Shown: positions 8,237 through 18,667, counted from the stretch's first letter. The stretch is 33,743 bases of DNA from Fidelibacterota bacterium CG1_02_48_14 (GCA_001872685.1 MNWS01000226.1:1-33743), one strand, 5' to 3'. The notes: a model not told the origin generated them from the sequence alone. Program-made: numbers and translations.

Positions 8237-9322
8237 GTGAAAACCCTGTGCCACGTTTCCCAATCTGCTCTGATTAACAACTTTACCGTGTTCCAAGCCC
8301 TGATGGGTCATGCCCAAGTGATTCCGGTGGTAAAAGCCAACGCTTACGGCCATGGCGCTGTTGCGGTAACCCGAATTCTCCGTGACCAGTTTAATTGTAA
8401 AATGGTCGCCGTAGCGACACTGGAAGAAGCGCAGGAGCTTGGTCAATTTTTTCCCGACTTGGATGTCTTGATGTTCACCCGGATTTTTCCATCTGAACTA
8501 GCACAACTCCCCTCAAATGCCATTATCTCCGTTACGGGGTGGGACGATTTCCTCACTTTAAAGTCCTGTGCAAGCCGTGCATTACGGCTACACATTAATA
8601 TCAATACGGGCATGAATCGGTTGGGTATGCGCCCCGAAAGAGTATTGGAGGCAATTAAAAATCCGAACCGGTATTTACAAATTGAAGGTGTCTACTCGCA
8701 TTTCTCCTCTTCAGATACGGCGGACCAGACCGTCATGAGAAAACAAAAAGAAAGTTTCCAACAGGTGTGTTCAGCATTGGACGATATAGGGTTTTCCGGA
8801 CTGAAACATTTGTCAAATTCAGCCGGCATTTTGAATGATCCTGAGCTTGCTTGTGATGCTATGAGACTGGGCATCAGCTTGTATGGCTATGATACCACAC
8901 CCGGGCAGCGCTTCAGCGAACAACTTTCACCAGTGATGACCGTTTTAGCGCCGCTCGTGCGTGTTTCAAGCATTTCCACCGGCGAGTCTGTGAGTTATGG
9001 TGAAACCTGGACCGCCAGTACCAAGACACGGGTAGGAACATTACGCATAGGGTACGCTGACGGTTACCGCCGGAGTTTATCGAATCGAGGGATCGTAGAG
9101 TTTGAAAATCGGTCATTCCCGGTGATCGGCACCGTAACGATGGACCATATCATGGTGGATCTGAAGGATGCAAAAATCCCCACAGGTGAATATTTCACAG
9201 TCTTGGGTGGCGGTGAAAAGACAAACGCGATCGCGCGTGTTGCAAATCAGCTCGGCACGATCCCATACGAAATTTGTTGTGGCATTTCCCCACGAGTTGA
9301 GAGAGTCATTATCGCAGAATGA
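8237..9322 (+). CDS. alr: Alanine racemase
   Basis: PLP-lysine motif VVKANAYGHG, NTGMNRLG, YSHFS, HLSNS, VSYG, IGYADGY, GTVTMD, GTIPYEI. Confidence 0.96.
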   Translation: MKTLCHVSQSALINNFTVFQALMGHAQVIPVVKANAYGHGAVAVTRILRDQFNCKMVAVATLEEAQELGQFFPDLDVLMFTRIFPSELAQLPSNAIISVTGWDDFLTLKSCASRALRLHININTGMNRLGMRPERVLEAIKNPNRYLQIEGVYSHFSSSDTADQTVMRKQKESFQQVCSALDDIGFSGLKHLSNSAGILNDPELACDAMRLGISLYGYDTTPGQRFSEQLSPVMTVLAPLVRVSSISTGESVSYGETWTASTKTRVGTLRIGYADGYRRSLSNRGIVEFENRSFPVIGTVTMDHIMVDLKDAKIPTGEYFTVLGGGEKTNAIARVANQLGTIPYEICCGISPRVERVIIAE

Positions 9323-9482
9323 ACTTCGTATAAAAGTGAATACAAACTGAAAATATATTGATGTTTAAAGAAAAATATTTATTGTGCTCTCGTCCTTGAA
9401 AAAATGACGATTCTATCTGAAACAGGAGCAGTGATCTGAGCAAAATTCTGCAAACAAGTTCCAGCGAAAGGAAAGACGACTA

Positions 9483-10949
9483 ATGGCAAACCAACTCAAT
9501 GTAGTGGTGCTGTACAATGCTTCACGATTGGATATTAATCCACTCCTCAGCCAACTTGATGGCCACAAAGTGGTAACTCTGGCCACAGAAAATCTCACGA
9601 TGCAGGAATTTAGCGTTGCGATTAAAAATTGTGAGTCTGAGTCAATTCTCTTTATCAATGCCTCCCAATATTCCATTTCCCTGAAAAAAAGCGCGATTAC
9701 GCTATTCGAAATGGTCGCTAAAACTGAACTCAACTGGTCTTTGATTTACTCGGATTACAGTATGCTGTCAGGGACTGAGTTACAAGAAGAACATCTTCTG
9801 GATCACCATGCCGGACGGCTGCGGGATGATACCGATTATGGATTTGTCTGGCTTCTGAATCGTTCGAAGTTTTTAGCCTGTCTGCCAATGGATCAGGAAA
9901 ACCAATCAAGTATTCTGTATGAATTGCGACTAAGAATGAGTGAATATGGTCGCCTGGTGCACGTCGCCAATCGTTACTCAGGTTCTTTGTACACAGTGAC
10001 AAAGGCCGCCGACACCCAAAATGTCTTTGCCTACCTCATGGCTGGGAAAGCGTTGCAATTGGAGCGAGAGCGGGTTTTGACCGAGCACCTAAAGCGACTG
10101 GGGACCTATCTTTCTCCCGGTCAAAACTATAAAACCGTGCCCTATCATGATAAAAGCTATGAACTGAGCGCTTCAGTCATCATTCCGGTGAATAATCGCC
10201 CGAAATTCATTGGCGCAGCGATTGAATCAGTTTTCAATCAAACGGTGTCTGATGTGGAGGTGATAATCGTCGTAAATGGGGGCGAAGCTGATCCGACAAT
10301 TCCGGCAGTTCAAGCCTTTCTGCCGGGTGGTTCCAGGTACGATGCGTCCAAACCACCCGTTAACCTCATCGTGCATGACATTAACAACATTGGCTTTTGT
10401 TTGAACAGTGGGCTGGAAATCGCGAAGGGTAAATTTTATGTCCAATTGGATTCGGATGACCAGCTTATTCCGGATTGTATCGAGAAAATTATCAAAGTTT
10501 ATGAGGAAGATGACACCATCGGCATGGTTATCGGCTCGTACGAGGTTTGGGAATTGAAGGATTCGGGGGAACTCATCCGCATGGAAAGTATCCCAGTTGT
10601 GACGCATGATGAATGGACTGAAGAGAATGGACGGAACAATCTACTACGCATTAATGGGGCAGGGGCACCGCGTTCCTTCTATATTGACCTGGCGAAAGAT
10701 TTAGGTTTATTGGATATGAATACCTCTCCCTATGCTCGTAATTACGGCGAAGATTACCATTTCGTATTGCGCATGTGCGAGCAGTACCGAATGGGTCGCG
10801 TGTGGGAGCCCGTGTACAAAGTTGTTCGACATTCCGGGGGGACGGATCACAGTATTAATCGCCAGGCGGTTGATCGTAATAATGATGCGAAAGATGCCAT
10901 GCGGCTGGAAGCTCTGCAGCGTCGGAAAAAAATGAATAGGAAGACCTGA
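9483..10949 (+). CDS. Glycosyltransferase family 2 protein with an additional N-terminal GT-like domain
   Basis: SVIIPVNNR, AIESVFNQT, QLDSDD, INGAGAPRSF, YGEDY. The N-terminal half has an LIYSDY...GRLRDD segment. Confidence 0.88.
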   Translation: MANQLNVVVLYNASRLDINPLLSQLDGHKVVTLATENLTMQEFSVAIKNCESESILFINASQYSISLKKSAITLFEMVAKTELNWSLIYSDYSMLSGTELQEEHLLDHHAGRLRDDTDYGFVWLLNRSKFLACLPMDQENQSSILYELRLRMSEYGRLVHVANRYSGSLYTVTKAADTQNVFAYLMAGKALQLERERVLTEHLKRLGTYLSPGQNYKTVPYHDKSYELSASVIIPVNNRPKFIGAAIESVFNQTVSDVEVIIVVNGGEADPTIPAVQAFLPGGSRYDASKPPVNLIVHDINNIGFCLNSGLEIAKGKFYVQLDSDDQLIPDCIEKIIKVYEEDDTIGMVIGSYEVWELKDSGELIRMESIPVVTHDEWTEENGRNNLLRINGAGAPRSFYIDLAKDLGLLDMNTSPYARNYGEDYHFVLRMCEQYRMGRVWEPVYKVVRHSGGTDHSINRQAVDRNNDAKDAMRLEALQRRKKMNRKT

Positions 10950-10951
10950 CG

Positions 10952-12145
10952 ATGGATAATTTGATTTTATTGGGAATTGATGGCGGCGCCTCCAAGGTGT
11001 TGATTAACCGGGTGATTTTGCATACAGATCCGATTCGTTTTTCAGCAGTTAAACCACGCATCGAAGTCAGCTATAGTTCCTCTGAATATTTCAAATCCGG
11101 TTTTAAGCCGGTCGCGCTCAAAACACAATTAAAAGAACGCAATGATGATGCTCTAAACCAAACGCCGGGTGAGAAAAATCAGGAACTTGCGATCATTGAC
11201 ACCTTCCAGCGTGCAATCAAGGCGATACTGCCTCCTAATTGTAACCAAAAACAAATTCTCATCGGTATTGGTCTGCCAGGACTGAAAACCAGTGACAAAA
11301 GGGGCATTAACGCCATGGCCAATGGTCCCAGAATGCCGCAATTTCTGACCAATCTCGAAAATGCATTGCGGGCAGCGGGATTAACCAGCCTGGATGCTAT
11401 TCACGATCTCGGTAGTGACGCTGATTATTGCGGCTTGGGTGAAAGATGGGGAGATCATGGCGCATTTCGGGATGTCTCGGATGCTTATTATATTGGGGTG
11501 GGAACCGGCGTGGCTGACGCCCTGTTATTAGACGGCCATTTGGTTCCGTTTGATGACATTAAACCATGGATGGCAAAATCCTGGGAAATTGTGCGTGAAG
11601 ATGGGGCAACCTACGAATCCATTATCTCCGCCAAAGGTATCCAGCAACAGTATGCTGATTTAACTGAGCAGAACGTCGAAACGCTAATCAGTAATAATAT
11701 TTTTCCCTGGCAAATTTATGAATTCGCTATGGACGGGGACGAACATGCAAAAGCAATCGTCACGACGGTTGCGAATGCATTTGCCGAGTTATTCTTTAAT
11801 CGGATTAAAGCTCTGGCAGTAGGTGACCCCAGTCAAAAACTCATACAAACCGGCCGCAAGTTGGAAGATAATCATCCTTTTCTGGGTAAAGTTTTAAAGC
11901 GAATTGTGATTGGTCAGCGTCTGGGTGACATTTGGCAATTCCCAGATTTTGCCCCTCTTTTTAAAGACCCGGTGTTTGCTCAACTGAGCGGTCTGATTCA
12001 CCAATCCGATTTACCTCAGGTAATAAAAAATGGTTACCTGACTCAAACAAAGCGATTGGATGATGAGTTCATCATTGGCAGCGAACTTCGTCATGCACCA
12101 GCTTTGGGAGCCGCCGTAGATGCCTACTTCAACTGGGCTAAATAG
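10952..12145 (+). CDS. ROK-family sugar kinase-like protein
   Basis: LLGIDGGASK, IGIGLPG, SDADYCGLGE (NDANxAALGE-like), YYIGVGTGV, PALGAA. No HTH and no CxCGxxGC zinc motif. Confidence 0.8.
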   Translation: MDNLILLGIDGGASKVLINRVILHTDPIRFSAVKPRIEVSYSSSEYFKSGFKPVALKTQLKERNDDALNQTPGEKNQELAIIDTFQRAIKAILPPNCNQKQILIGIGLPGLKTSDKRGINAMANGPRMPQFLTNLENALRAAGLTSLDAIHDLGSDADYCGLGERWGDHGAFRDVSDAYYIGVGTGVADALLLDGHLVPFDDIKPWMAKSWEIVREDGATYESIISAKGIQQQYADLTEQNVETLISNNIFPWQIYEFAMDGDEHAKAIVTTVANAFAELFFNRIKALAVGDPSQKLIQTGRKLEDNHPFLGKVLKRIVIGQRLGDIWQFPDFAPLFKDPVFAQLSGLIHQSDLPQVIKNGYLTQTKRLDDEFIIGSELRHAPALGAAVDAYFNWAK

Positions 12146-13436
12146 CCGAACAATTCGTGTCGGAATCATATTACCCGAAGATAACTCTCAGGAAATCTCC
12201 CTATCCTGGCCGCCTGATTTAATCGTAGCCAGCTCCCAGGATTTCGACGATCAATTAAACGAAATCACGATTCGGGTTGACCAGGGTAAACTGAGTGTCA
12301 GCCTGGGTGAATTGACCGTATTTGTGGACCATTTCTTACTCGCTTCCGGTGACCATCTCTCAGGTTTATCCGCTGAACGCGGGGTAAAAATTGATTCCGT
12401 TGTGGCCGGTCGGGGATTCCATTGGGAGAAGAAAATTCAACCGATATTGCCGGGACGGTTGCTTTTTTCCGTGGAAAATAACAGCCTGTTACTGATTAAT
12501 GAACTCTCTGTAGAAGCGTATGTCGCCTGCGTCGCCACAAGTGAGATGGGTGCTTCTGCACCAGATGCCCTGCTTGCGGCGCAAACCATCGTTGCGCGAT
12601 GCTGGGCTTTGGCCAGCGTGGAGCGTAAACACGTCGCTCTAAATTTTGATGTATGTAATGACGATTGTTGCCAACGCTACCAGGGCACAACCTATCTCAC
12701 TGATTACGCATTAGCCTCCGCGGTTGCCACTCAAAATGAAGTTCTGGTCTATAATAACAAGGTCATTGATGCCCGTTATTCAAAGTGCTGCGGTGGAATC
12801 GTTGAGGATTACACCACTGTATGGCAGGGCAAAAAAGTGCCCTATTTGATTCCGCTCTGGGACGGACCCAATCATCCTGAGGAGATGGCATTTGACGATC
12901 TCAAACCTCTTTTAGCCTATTCGGAAGCCTATTGCTCCAGTGCCAGATTTAAAGAAGTTGACCTTTTGGCGATGCTAGGGAAAGTTGATGTAACCGGAAG
13001 TTATTATCGATGGAAGCATGCTCTAAAAAAACAAGTTATCCTCGATAACTTAAAGAAACACTTTAAGGTACTATGGTCTGAAATATTTGAAATCATCGTG
13101 TTAAAACGCGGGGCCAGCGGACGGATTTCTCATCTGCGTTTAGCTGGCGTTAATCAGGAAAGTGATCAGGTTACCTTCGATCTGAAAAACGAATATGATA
13201 TTCGCCGGACATTCAATGAATCGTTTCTTTACTCCAGTGCTTTTATCATCGAAAATGCCACGACTCTGGAAGATGATACCACTGTCTATCTGTCGGGTGC
13301 CGGCTGGGGACATGGTGTCGGGTTGTGCCAGATTGGTGCCTTGGGAATGGCGCTTGAGGGCAGCTCCTACTCCGAAATATTAAGTCATTATTACCCGGAT
13401 ACCGCGTTGATGAAACTGGCTGAAGATACCTTTTAA
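12120..13436 (+). CDS. SpoIID/LytB domain protein (lytic transglycosylase-like)
   Basis: INELSVEAYVACVATSEM, AQTIVAR, DVCNDDCCQRYQG, YSKCCGG, GAGWGHGVGLCQIGA, EILSHYYP. Overlaps the ROK gene by 26 nt. Confidence 0.92.
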   Translation: MPTSTGLNSRTIRVGIILPEDNSQEISLSWPPDLIVASSQDFDDQLNEITIRVDQGKLSVSLGELTVFVDHFLLASGDHLSGLSAERGVKIDSVVAGRGFHWEKKIQPILPGRLLFSVENNSLLLINELSVEAYVACVATSEMGASAPDALLAAQTIVARCWALASVERKHVALNFDVCNDDCCQRYQGTTYLTDYALASAVATQNEVLVYNNKVIDARYSKCCGGIVEDYTTVWQGKKVPYLIPLWDGPNHPEEMAFDDLKPLLAYSEAYCSSARFKEVDLLAMLGKVDVTGSYYRWKHALKKQVILDNLKKHFKVLWSEIFEIIVLKRGASGRISHLRLAGVNQESDQVTFDLKNEYDIRRTFNESFLYSSAFIIENATTLEDDTTVYLSGAGWGHGVGLCQIGALGMALEGSSYSEILSHYYPDTALMKLAEDTF

Positions 13437-13458
13437 GAGTAATCCGGCGAGGTTAAAA

Positions 13459-14724
13459 ATGCGACGCAATATCATCCCGGAAATTACCACCTTTCTACTC
13501 CTGTCAGGTTGTTCCTTTTTTCAGCCGCAGGTGACCTTCATTGTCCCGATCCCTGAACCAACAATCCTTCCCGAACGAGCACCAGTCGTCACTGGACTCG
13601 AAGTTTTTCTCTCTACCCCTCATGATTCTGCTTTTCGTTACGGATTAATGACCAACCAAACCGGCATTGATTCAAAACTGAATTCCAATATCGTCTTACT
13701 GAACGATGCGATGACGCTGACAGCACTGTATTCACCTGAACACGGGATTTATGGCGCTGAGTTCGCCGGTGATAAGGTCGGTAAAGAGATTGATCCCCAG
13801 ACCGGCATTCCAGCGTTCAGCACCTATGGTAAAAAACCGGCTGACATTGTCCCGTTACTCGCCGGAGTGGATGGTGTTATCATTGACATTCAGGATATTG
13901 GCGTTCGGGGGTATACCTACATTTATTCCATGGCCTACATGATGGAAGCCGCGAAAATTGCAGGTAAGAAAATTATCGTCCTGGATCGTCCGAATCCCAT
14001 CAACGGGCATATCGTGGAAGGAAATGTCCTTGATCCGGCCGTGGCCTCTTTCGTCGGACTTTACCCAATTCCGTATCGTTATGGCATGACCATTGGTGAG
14101 CTGGCCTGGCTTTTCAATGAAGCATTCGGTATCCGTTGTAGCCTTGAAATTGTCCGCATGACCGGCTGGACCCGTGACATGTGGTTTGATGAAACCGGTC
14201 TGCCATGGATTCCCACATCGCCGCATGTGCCGCACCCGACAACCATTCTAAACATGATCGCCACAGGGGTTTACGGTGAACTGGGGGTCTTGTCAGAAGG
14301 CGTCGGCACCACGTTGCCCTTCGAATACATTGGTGGACCCTGGATCAAGGATCCGCATCGATTTGCCGAGGTCCTGCAAAGCCGCATTGGAGGTGGCGTG
14401 AAACTGCGACCTTGTTTTTTCAAACCCTATTATGGCCGACACCAGGGTAAGGTTTGTGGCGGTGTCCAGCTCTATATCACGGACAGAAATGCTTTCCGAC
14501 CTTATATAACAGGGTTGATCGTGGTTGCCGTTACTCGGGAGCTTTATCCTGAAATTGATTTGTTTGGCAACGAGGATCGCTGGAAAATGTTTGATCAGGT
14601 GAGCGGTGGAACCTGGATCAGAGAAGCGCTTCAGGACGGCGTTAATCCACTGACATTTGAACAGAAATGGTCGGACGAGTTAGCAGATTTTATGGCATTA
14701 AGACAAAATTATCTGCTTTACTAA
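13459..14724 (+). CDS. namZ: Exo-beta-N-acetylmuramidase NamZ family (DUF1343) lipoprotein
   Basis: Lipobox LLSGC. TNQTG, SPEHG, DIQDIGVRGYTY, LDRPNP, GMTIGELA, WIPTSP, SEGVGT, RQNYLLY. Confidence 0.92.
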   Translation: MRRNIIPEITTFLLLSGCSFFQPQVTFIVPIPEPTILPERAPVVTGLEVFLSTPHDSAFRYGLMTNQTGIDSKLNSNIVLLNDAMTLTALYSPEHGIYGAEFAGDKVGKEIDPQTGIPAFSTYGKKPADIVPLLAGVDGVIIDIQDIGVRGYTYIYSMAYMMEAAKIAGKKIIVLDRPNPINGHIVEGNVLDPAVASFVGLYPIPYRYGMTIGELAWLFNEAFGIRCSLEIVRMTGWTRDMWFDETGLPWIPTSPHVPHPTTILNMIATGVYGELGVLSEGVGTTLPFEYIGGPWIKDPHRFAEVLQSRIGGGVKLRPCFFKPYYGRHQGKVCGGVQLYITDRNAFRPYITGLIVVAVTRELYPEIDLFGNEDRWKMFDQVSGGTWIREALQDGVNPLTFEQKWSDELADFMALRQNYLLY

Positions 14725-14763
14725 TTGGAGTAGACCGACCACAAATCAGGAGTTTATGACATT

Positions 14764-17244
14764 TTGAATCATATAAAATTTTTCTATAAATCCGGTGGGC
14801 TGGCAACCCTGTTAATCATCCTAATCGTGGGATTATTGCCGACCCAAACAATCAACGCACAGGATGACAGTAGGATGGGACCCCATGAAGTGGAGTGGCT
14901 TGCTCACCAGGGTGAGGCTGATCCGATTCTGGATTTAACACCCGATGCACCGATTCAACCGCTGGTTTCATTACGCCGGGACCCTTCCCATGTCATTTTT
15001 GGTTATCACCCTTATTGGAATGGGACCTCCTATACCTCCTACAATTATGATTTACTGACTCACCTTGCCTATTTTGGCGTCGAGATGAACAGTTCCGGTC
15101 AAATCACCAATTCCCACTCCTGGCCGGTGACGAGTCTGATAAATCTCGCCCATAGTAATGGTGTGAAAGTGATTCTAACCGTGACCTTGTTTGATAACGC
15201 AGATATTGGGACGCTGGTAGGTAATGCCAGCTATCGACAGGCTGCTATTGATAATCTGATTACCAGGGTCATACAGGGAAATGCCGACGGCGTGAATATT
15301 GATTTTGAATCGGTTCCGGCTGGGTCCAAAACCAATTTTAATATTTTCATCCATGATCTCACCCAGGCTTTCCACGATCAAATCCCAGGATCAGAAACCA
15401 GCATTGCCATGCCATCTGTTGATTGGTCCAGTTCCTATGATTATGAATATTTAAATGAGAACTGCGACGGTCTTATGATCATGGCCTATGCCTATTACTG
15501 GGGTGGCAGTTCGTCGGCCGGACCGGTTGCGCCATTGTACAATGGCGGCATGGCCAGTTATAACATTGATCGGACGGTCAATTCCTACCTGACAGCCACA
15601 TCAAACGATGGCAGCAATATTTTTCTCGGCTTACCATGGTATGGTTACAATTGGCCGGTCTCAAGCACCGCACAAAATGCCACCACTACCGGGACGGGAA
15701 GTTCGATTGTCTATTCGGTCGCAGAACCGGCGGCAAATTCCTACGGCAAGCATTATAACACGGATGTCCACAGCGCCTGGTACAATTATACCGCCAGCGG
15801 TCAGCAGCGTCAGGTTTGGTACGATGACAGCCTGAGTCTGGTCACGAAATACAACTACGCCAAAACCCGGCAACTGGCCGGGATCGGCATTTGGGCATTG
15901 GGTTATGACGGGAATCGTCCCGAAATATGGGGTGGATTAAATGACGCCTTTGGTGCGTCAACGCCACCACTTTCACCAGGCTGGTTTTATGTGAAAAATA
16001 TCGGTGATGGCAATGTATTGGTCCATGCAGCGAACAGCGCTAATGCTGAGAGTTATCAATTATACCGGAGCCAGGATGCTCAAAATTTCGAATTGTTTCG
16101 TGAAGCGCCATCCCCGGCATTTCTGATTGACTCGCTTCCCATTGATACGATCCAATATTTCAAACTGAAAGCCCTCAACACTTTCGGCGCATCCGATTTT
16201 ACTGAAGTCCTGGCCGTCTCGCCATTTGTGGGTCAGTCAGAAGTGCTCATTGTGAATGGCTTTGAGCGCGTTTCCGGCACCACCAATACCTTCGATTTTG
16301 TGAAAGAACACGGACCGGCAATCTTTGCCGCCGGGTACCATTTCGATTCTGCCAGCAATGATGCCATTCCGCCTGATGTCATTTCTTTGACGGATTACGA
16401 TTTTGTTGATTGGATTTCCGGTGAGGAAGCCACCAGCAATACAGCCTTCAGTGGTAGCGAGATGGATGCCATTTCTGTCTATCTGGAAAGCGGCGGTCGT
16501 CTGATTATCTCCGGTTCCGAAATTGGATGGGATTTAGAAGCAGTGGGTGCGCCACAGGAGATTGATTTTTACCATAACTATTTTAAGGCAGATTATTTCG
16601 TAGACGATGCTGGTTCGTACGAAGTTCAGGCTATGGCTTCCGGACTGTTCAACGGCATACCGAATTTTCATTTCGACGATGGCACCCATGGCACCTATGA
16701 TGTTGATTATCCGGATGGAATCAAACCCTACGGTGGCTCAATCTCCAACCTCCATTTTGCAGGAATAGACTACACCGCCAGTGGTGGTGCCGGAATACAG
16801 TATCGGGGTCCATTCGGAACGAGTAATATTGACGGCGGACTGGTTTACCTGTCTTTTGGTTTTGAAACGATCTACCCGGCCAGCGTGCGGGAAAATGTCA
16901 TGAGCCGGATGCTGGAATATCTGGCGCCCGGGGTTTCAATTGAGAACGAGCAGACAACCACGATACCGATTTCGTTCACTCTGGGAAACGCCTACCCGAA
17001 TCCGTTCAATGGCGCGGTATCTGTTCCTTTCACGCTTCATCAATCCGGCCATTTGAATTTTGCAGTGTATGATATTAGAGGCGCGTTGGTTTTCTCAACA
17101 AACGGCATGTATGGGCCGGGAGAAAGTGTGTGGCATTGGAACGGGCAGTCCCAGTCGGGAGCTGGTCTAAGCTCTGGAACCTATTGGATTGTCGCGTGGA
17201 ATGAGATGACGCTGCAACGATCCAAAGTGACATTTCTGAAGTAG
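14764..17244 (+). CDS. Secreted GH18 glycoside hydrolase with FN3-like, accessory and T9SS/FlgD-type C-terminal domains
   Basis: Signal peptide. DGVNIDFE catalytic motif, IMAYAY, GLPWYG, QVWYDD, GIGIWALGYD. C-terminal NAYPNPFN...VYDIRG...LSSGTY...KVTFLK. TTG start 11 nt after AGGAG. Confidence 0.9.
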   Translation: MNHIKFFYKSGGLATLLIILIVGLLPTQTINAQDDSRMGPHEVEWLAHQGEADPILDLTPDAPIQPLVSLRRDPSHVIFGYHPYWNGTSYTSYNYDLLTHLAYFGVEMNSSGQITNSHSWPVTSLINLAHSNGVKVILTVTLFDNADIGTLVGNASYRQAAIDNLITRVIQGNADGVNIDFESVPAGSKTNFNIFIHDLTQAFHDQIPGSETSIAMPSVDWSSSYDYEYLNENCDGLMIMAYAYYWGGSSSAGPVAPLYNGGMASYNIDRTVNSYLTATSNDGSNIFLGLPWYGYNWPVSSTAQNATTTGTGSSIVYSVAEPAANSYGKHYNTDVHSAWYNYTASGQQRQVWYDDSLSLVTKYNYAKTRQLAGIGIWALGYDGNRPEIWGGLNDAFGASTPPLSPGWFYVKNIGDGNVLVHAANSANAESYQLYRSQDAQNFELFREAPSPAFLIDSLPIDTIQYFKLKALNTFGASDFTEVLAVSPFVGQSEVLIVNGFERVSGTTNTFDFVKEHGPAIFAAGYHFDSASNDAIPPDVISLTDYDFVDWISGEEATSNTAFSGSEMDAISVYLESGGRLIISGSEIGWDLEAVGAPQEIDFYHNYFKADYFVDDAGSYEVQAMASGLFNGIPNFHFDDGTHGTYDVDYPDGIKPYGGSISNLHFAGIDYTASGGAGIQYRGPFGTSNIDGGLVYLSFGFETIYPASVRENVMSRMLEYLAPGVSIENEQTTTIPISFTLGNAYPNPFNGAVSVPFTLHQSGHLNFAVYDIRGALVFSTNGMYGPGESVWHWNGQSQSGAGLSSGTYWIVAWNEMTLQRSKVTFLK

Positions 17245-17296
17245 AAGTACCCGTTTCGCGGATGAAAAATTATCAGTCAGGCGGAGAGGAAATTTC

Positions 17297-18637
17297 ATGA
17301 ATCATTCATCAGTCTTTCTGAAATTCAGCGTTGGTCTGAACTTACTGTTGCTATTGGCCTGTACCGGGAATCAGCCGGATGTAAAACCACACGCGCACCA
17401 GCAACAAGAGATGGTCGCAGTCCAGAAACCAATTGAAATTTTACCAGTACTCACGGGAATTGATGTTCTGGAGAGGATTAATTTCGCTCCGATTCAGGGC
17501 AAAACCGTAGCTGTCGTGTGCAACCATACCGCCCTGGATAAGCAGGGTCGGCATTTAGTGGATATTTTGTACGAATCACCGGATGTCACCTTGAAAGCCA
17601 TTTTCGCACCCGAACATGGTTTTCGCGGCGTGACCGAGGGGGGATTTGATATAAATGACTCGCTGGATCAGAAGACCGGCGCCATGATTTACAGCATTTA
17701 TGGTGACATTCGCAAACCGACCGCGCAGATGCTTAATGGTGTTGACATGATTATTTTTGACATTCAGGATGTGGGCGCACGGTTTTACACCTATATCTCC
17801 ACTATGGGGAATGTGATGGAAGCGGGTGCGGAACTCGGCATTCCGGTGATGATTCTTGATCGCCCCAATCCAATTTCTGGTTTTACGGATGGCAATATTC
17901 TGGACCTCAAATTCCAGAGTTTTGTAGGGATGTTTCCAATTCCGATTCAGCACGGCATGACAGTTGGGGAATTGGCTCGAATGATTCAAGGCGAGGGCTG
18001 GATCAATCAAGCCGCCGATTTAGATTTGCGCATCGTGAAAAATGAGGGCTGGAGTCGCGATCTGTTTTTCAACGAAACTGACTTGAAATGGGTTGATCCG
18101 TCACCCAACATGCGCAACCTGAATGAAGCGCTGATTTACCCCGGAATGTGCCTCCTCGAAGCCAATATCTGCGCTGAAGGTCGGGGGACTGACAAGCCTT
18201 TTGAGTGGGTCGGCGCACCGTTCATCGATGGGAAACAATTGGCCACCGCCTTGTACGCCGGCGGCTTGGAAGGTGCTACCGTCGAGCCTATCTCATTTGT
18301 ACCCAGGGATATGCCCGGTCGTGCTGTGAACCCGAAATTTGAAGGCCAAAAAGTTAATGGCATCCAAATCCGGGTGACCGAGCCCATGGAATTTCAGCCG
18401 GTTCAGTTCGGCGTGAAATTCCTGGTAACGGTCAAACGGCTTTATCCCAGAGATTTTAAGTGGGTAAGTGAGAGCCGCGCTGCAAGATTGTGGGGCAGCG
18501 AAACACTGGTGCAGATGATCGCTGCCGGGAAATCTGCGGATGACATTATCGCAAGTTATCAACCGGAACTTGACCAATTCAAACTTAGGCAGCAGCGATA
18601 TTTGCTCTATCCGAGCAGTCGGGCGGGCAATTTATAG
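17297..18637 (+). CDS. namZ: Second NamZ family (DUF1343) lipoprotein
   Basis: Lipobox LLAC. TGIDVL, CNHT, FAPEHGFRG, FDIQDVGARFYTY, LDRPNP, HGMTVGELA, PSPNM, EGRGT, YLLY. Confidence 0.93.
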   Translation: MNHSSVFLKFSVGLNLLLLLACTGNQPDVKPHAHQQQEMVAVQKPIEILPVLTGIDVLERINFAPIQGKTVAVVCNHTALDKQGRHLVDILYESPDVTLKAIFAPEHGFRGVTEGGFDINDSLDQKTGAMIYSIYGDIRKPTAQMLNGVDMIIFDIQDVGARFYTYISTMGNVMEAGAELGIPVMILDRPNPISGFTDGNILDLKFQSFVGMFPIPIQHGMTVGELARMIQGEGWINQAADLDLRIVKNEGWSRDLFFNETDLKWVDPSPNMRNLNEALIYPGMCLLEANICAEGRGTDKPFEWVGAPFIDGKQLATALYAGGLEGATVEPISFVPRDMPGRAVNPKFEGQKVNGIQIRVTEPMEFQPVQFGVKFLVTVKRLYPRDFKWVSESRAARLWGSETLVQMIAAGKSADDIIASYQPELDQFKLRQQRYLLYPSSRAGNL

Positions 18638-18667
18638 TCAGAGCATGATGCTGATTACGAATTCTTC

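Noticed and set aside
14756-14767. Mini-ORF ATG-ACA-TTT-TGA after AGGAG as a frameshift or leader peptide for GH18
   Set aside because: The ATG is only 3 nt from the RBS, while the TTG at 14764 has workable spacing and gives an intact signal peptide. There is no further support.
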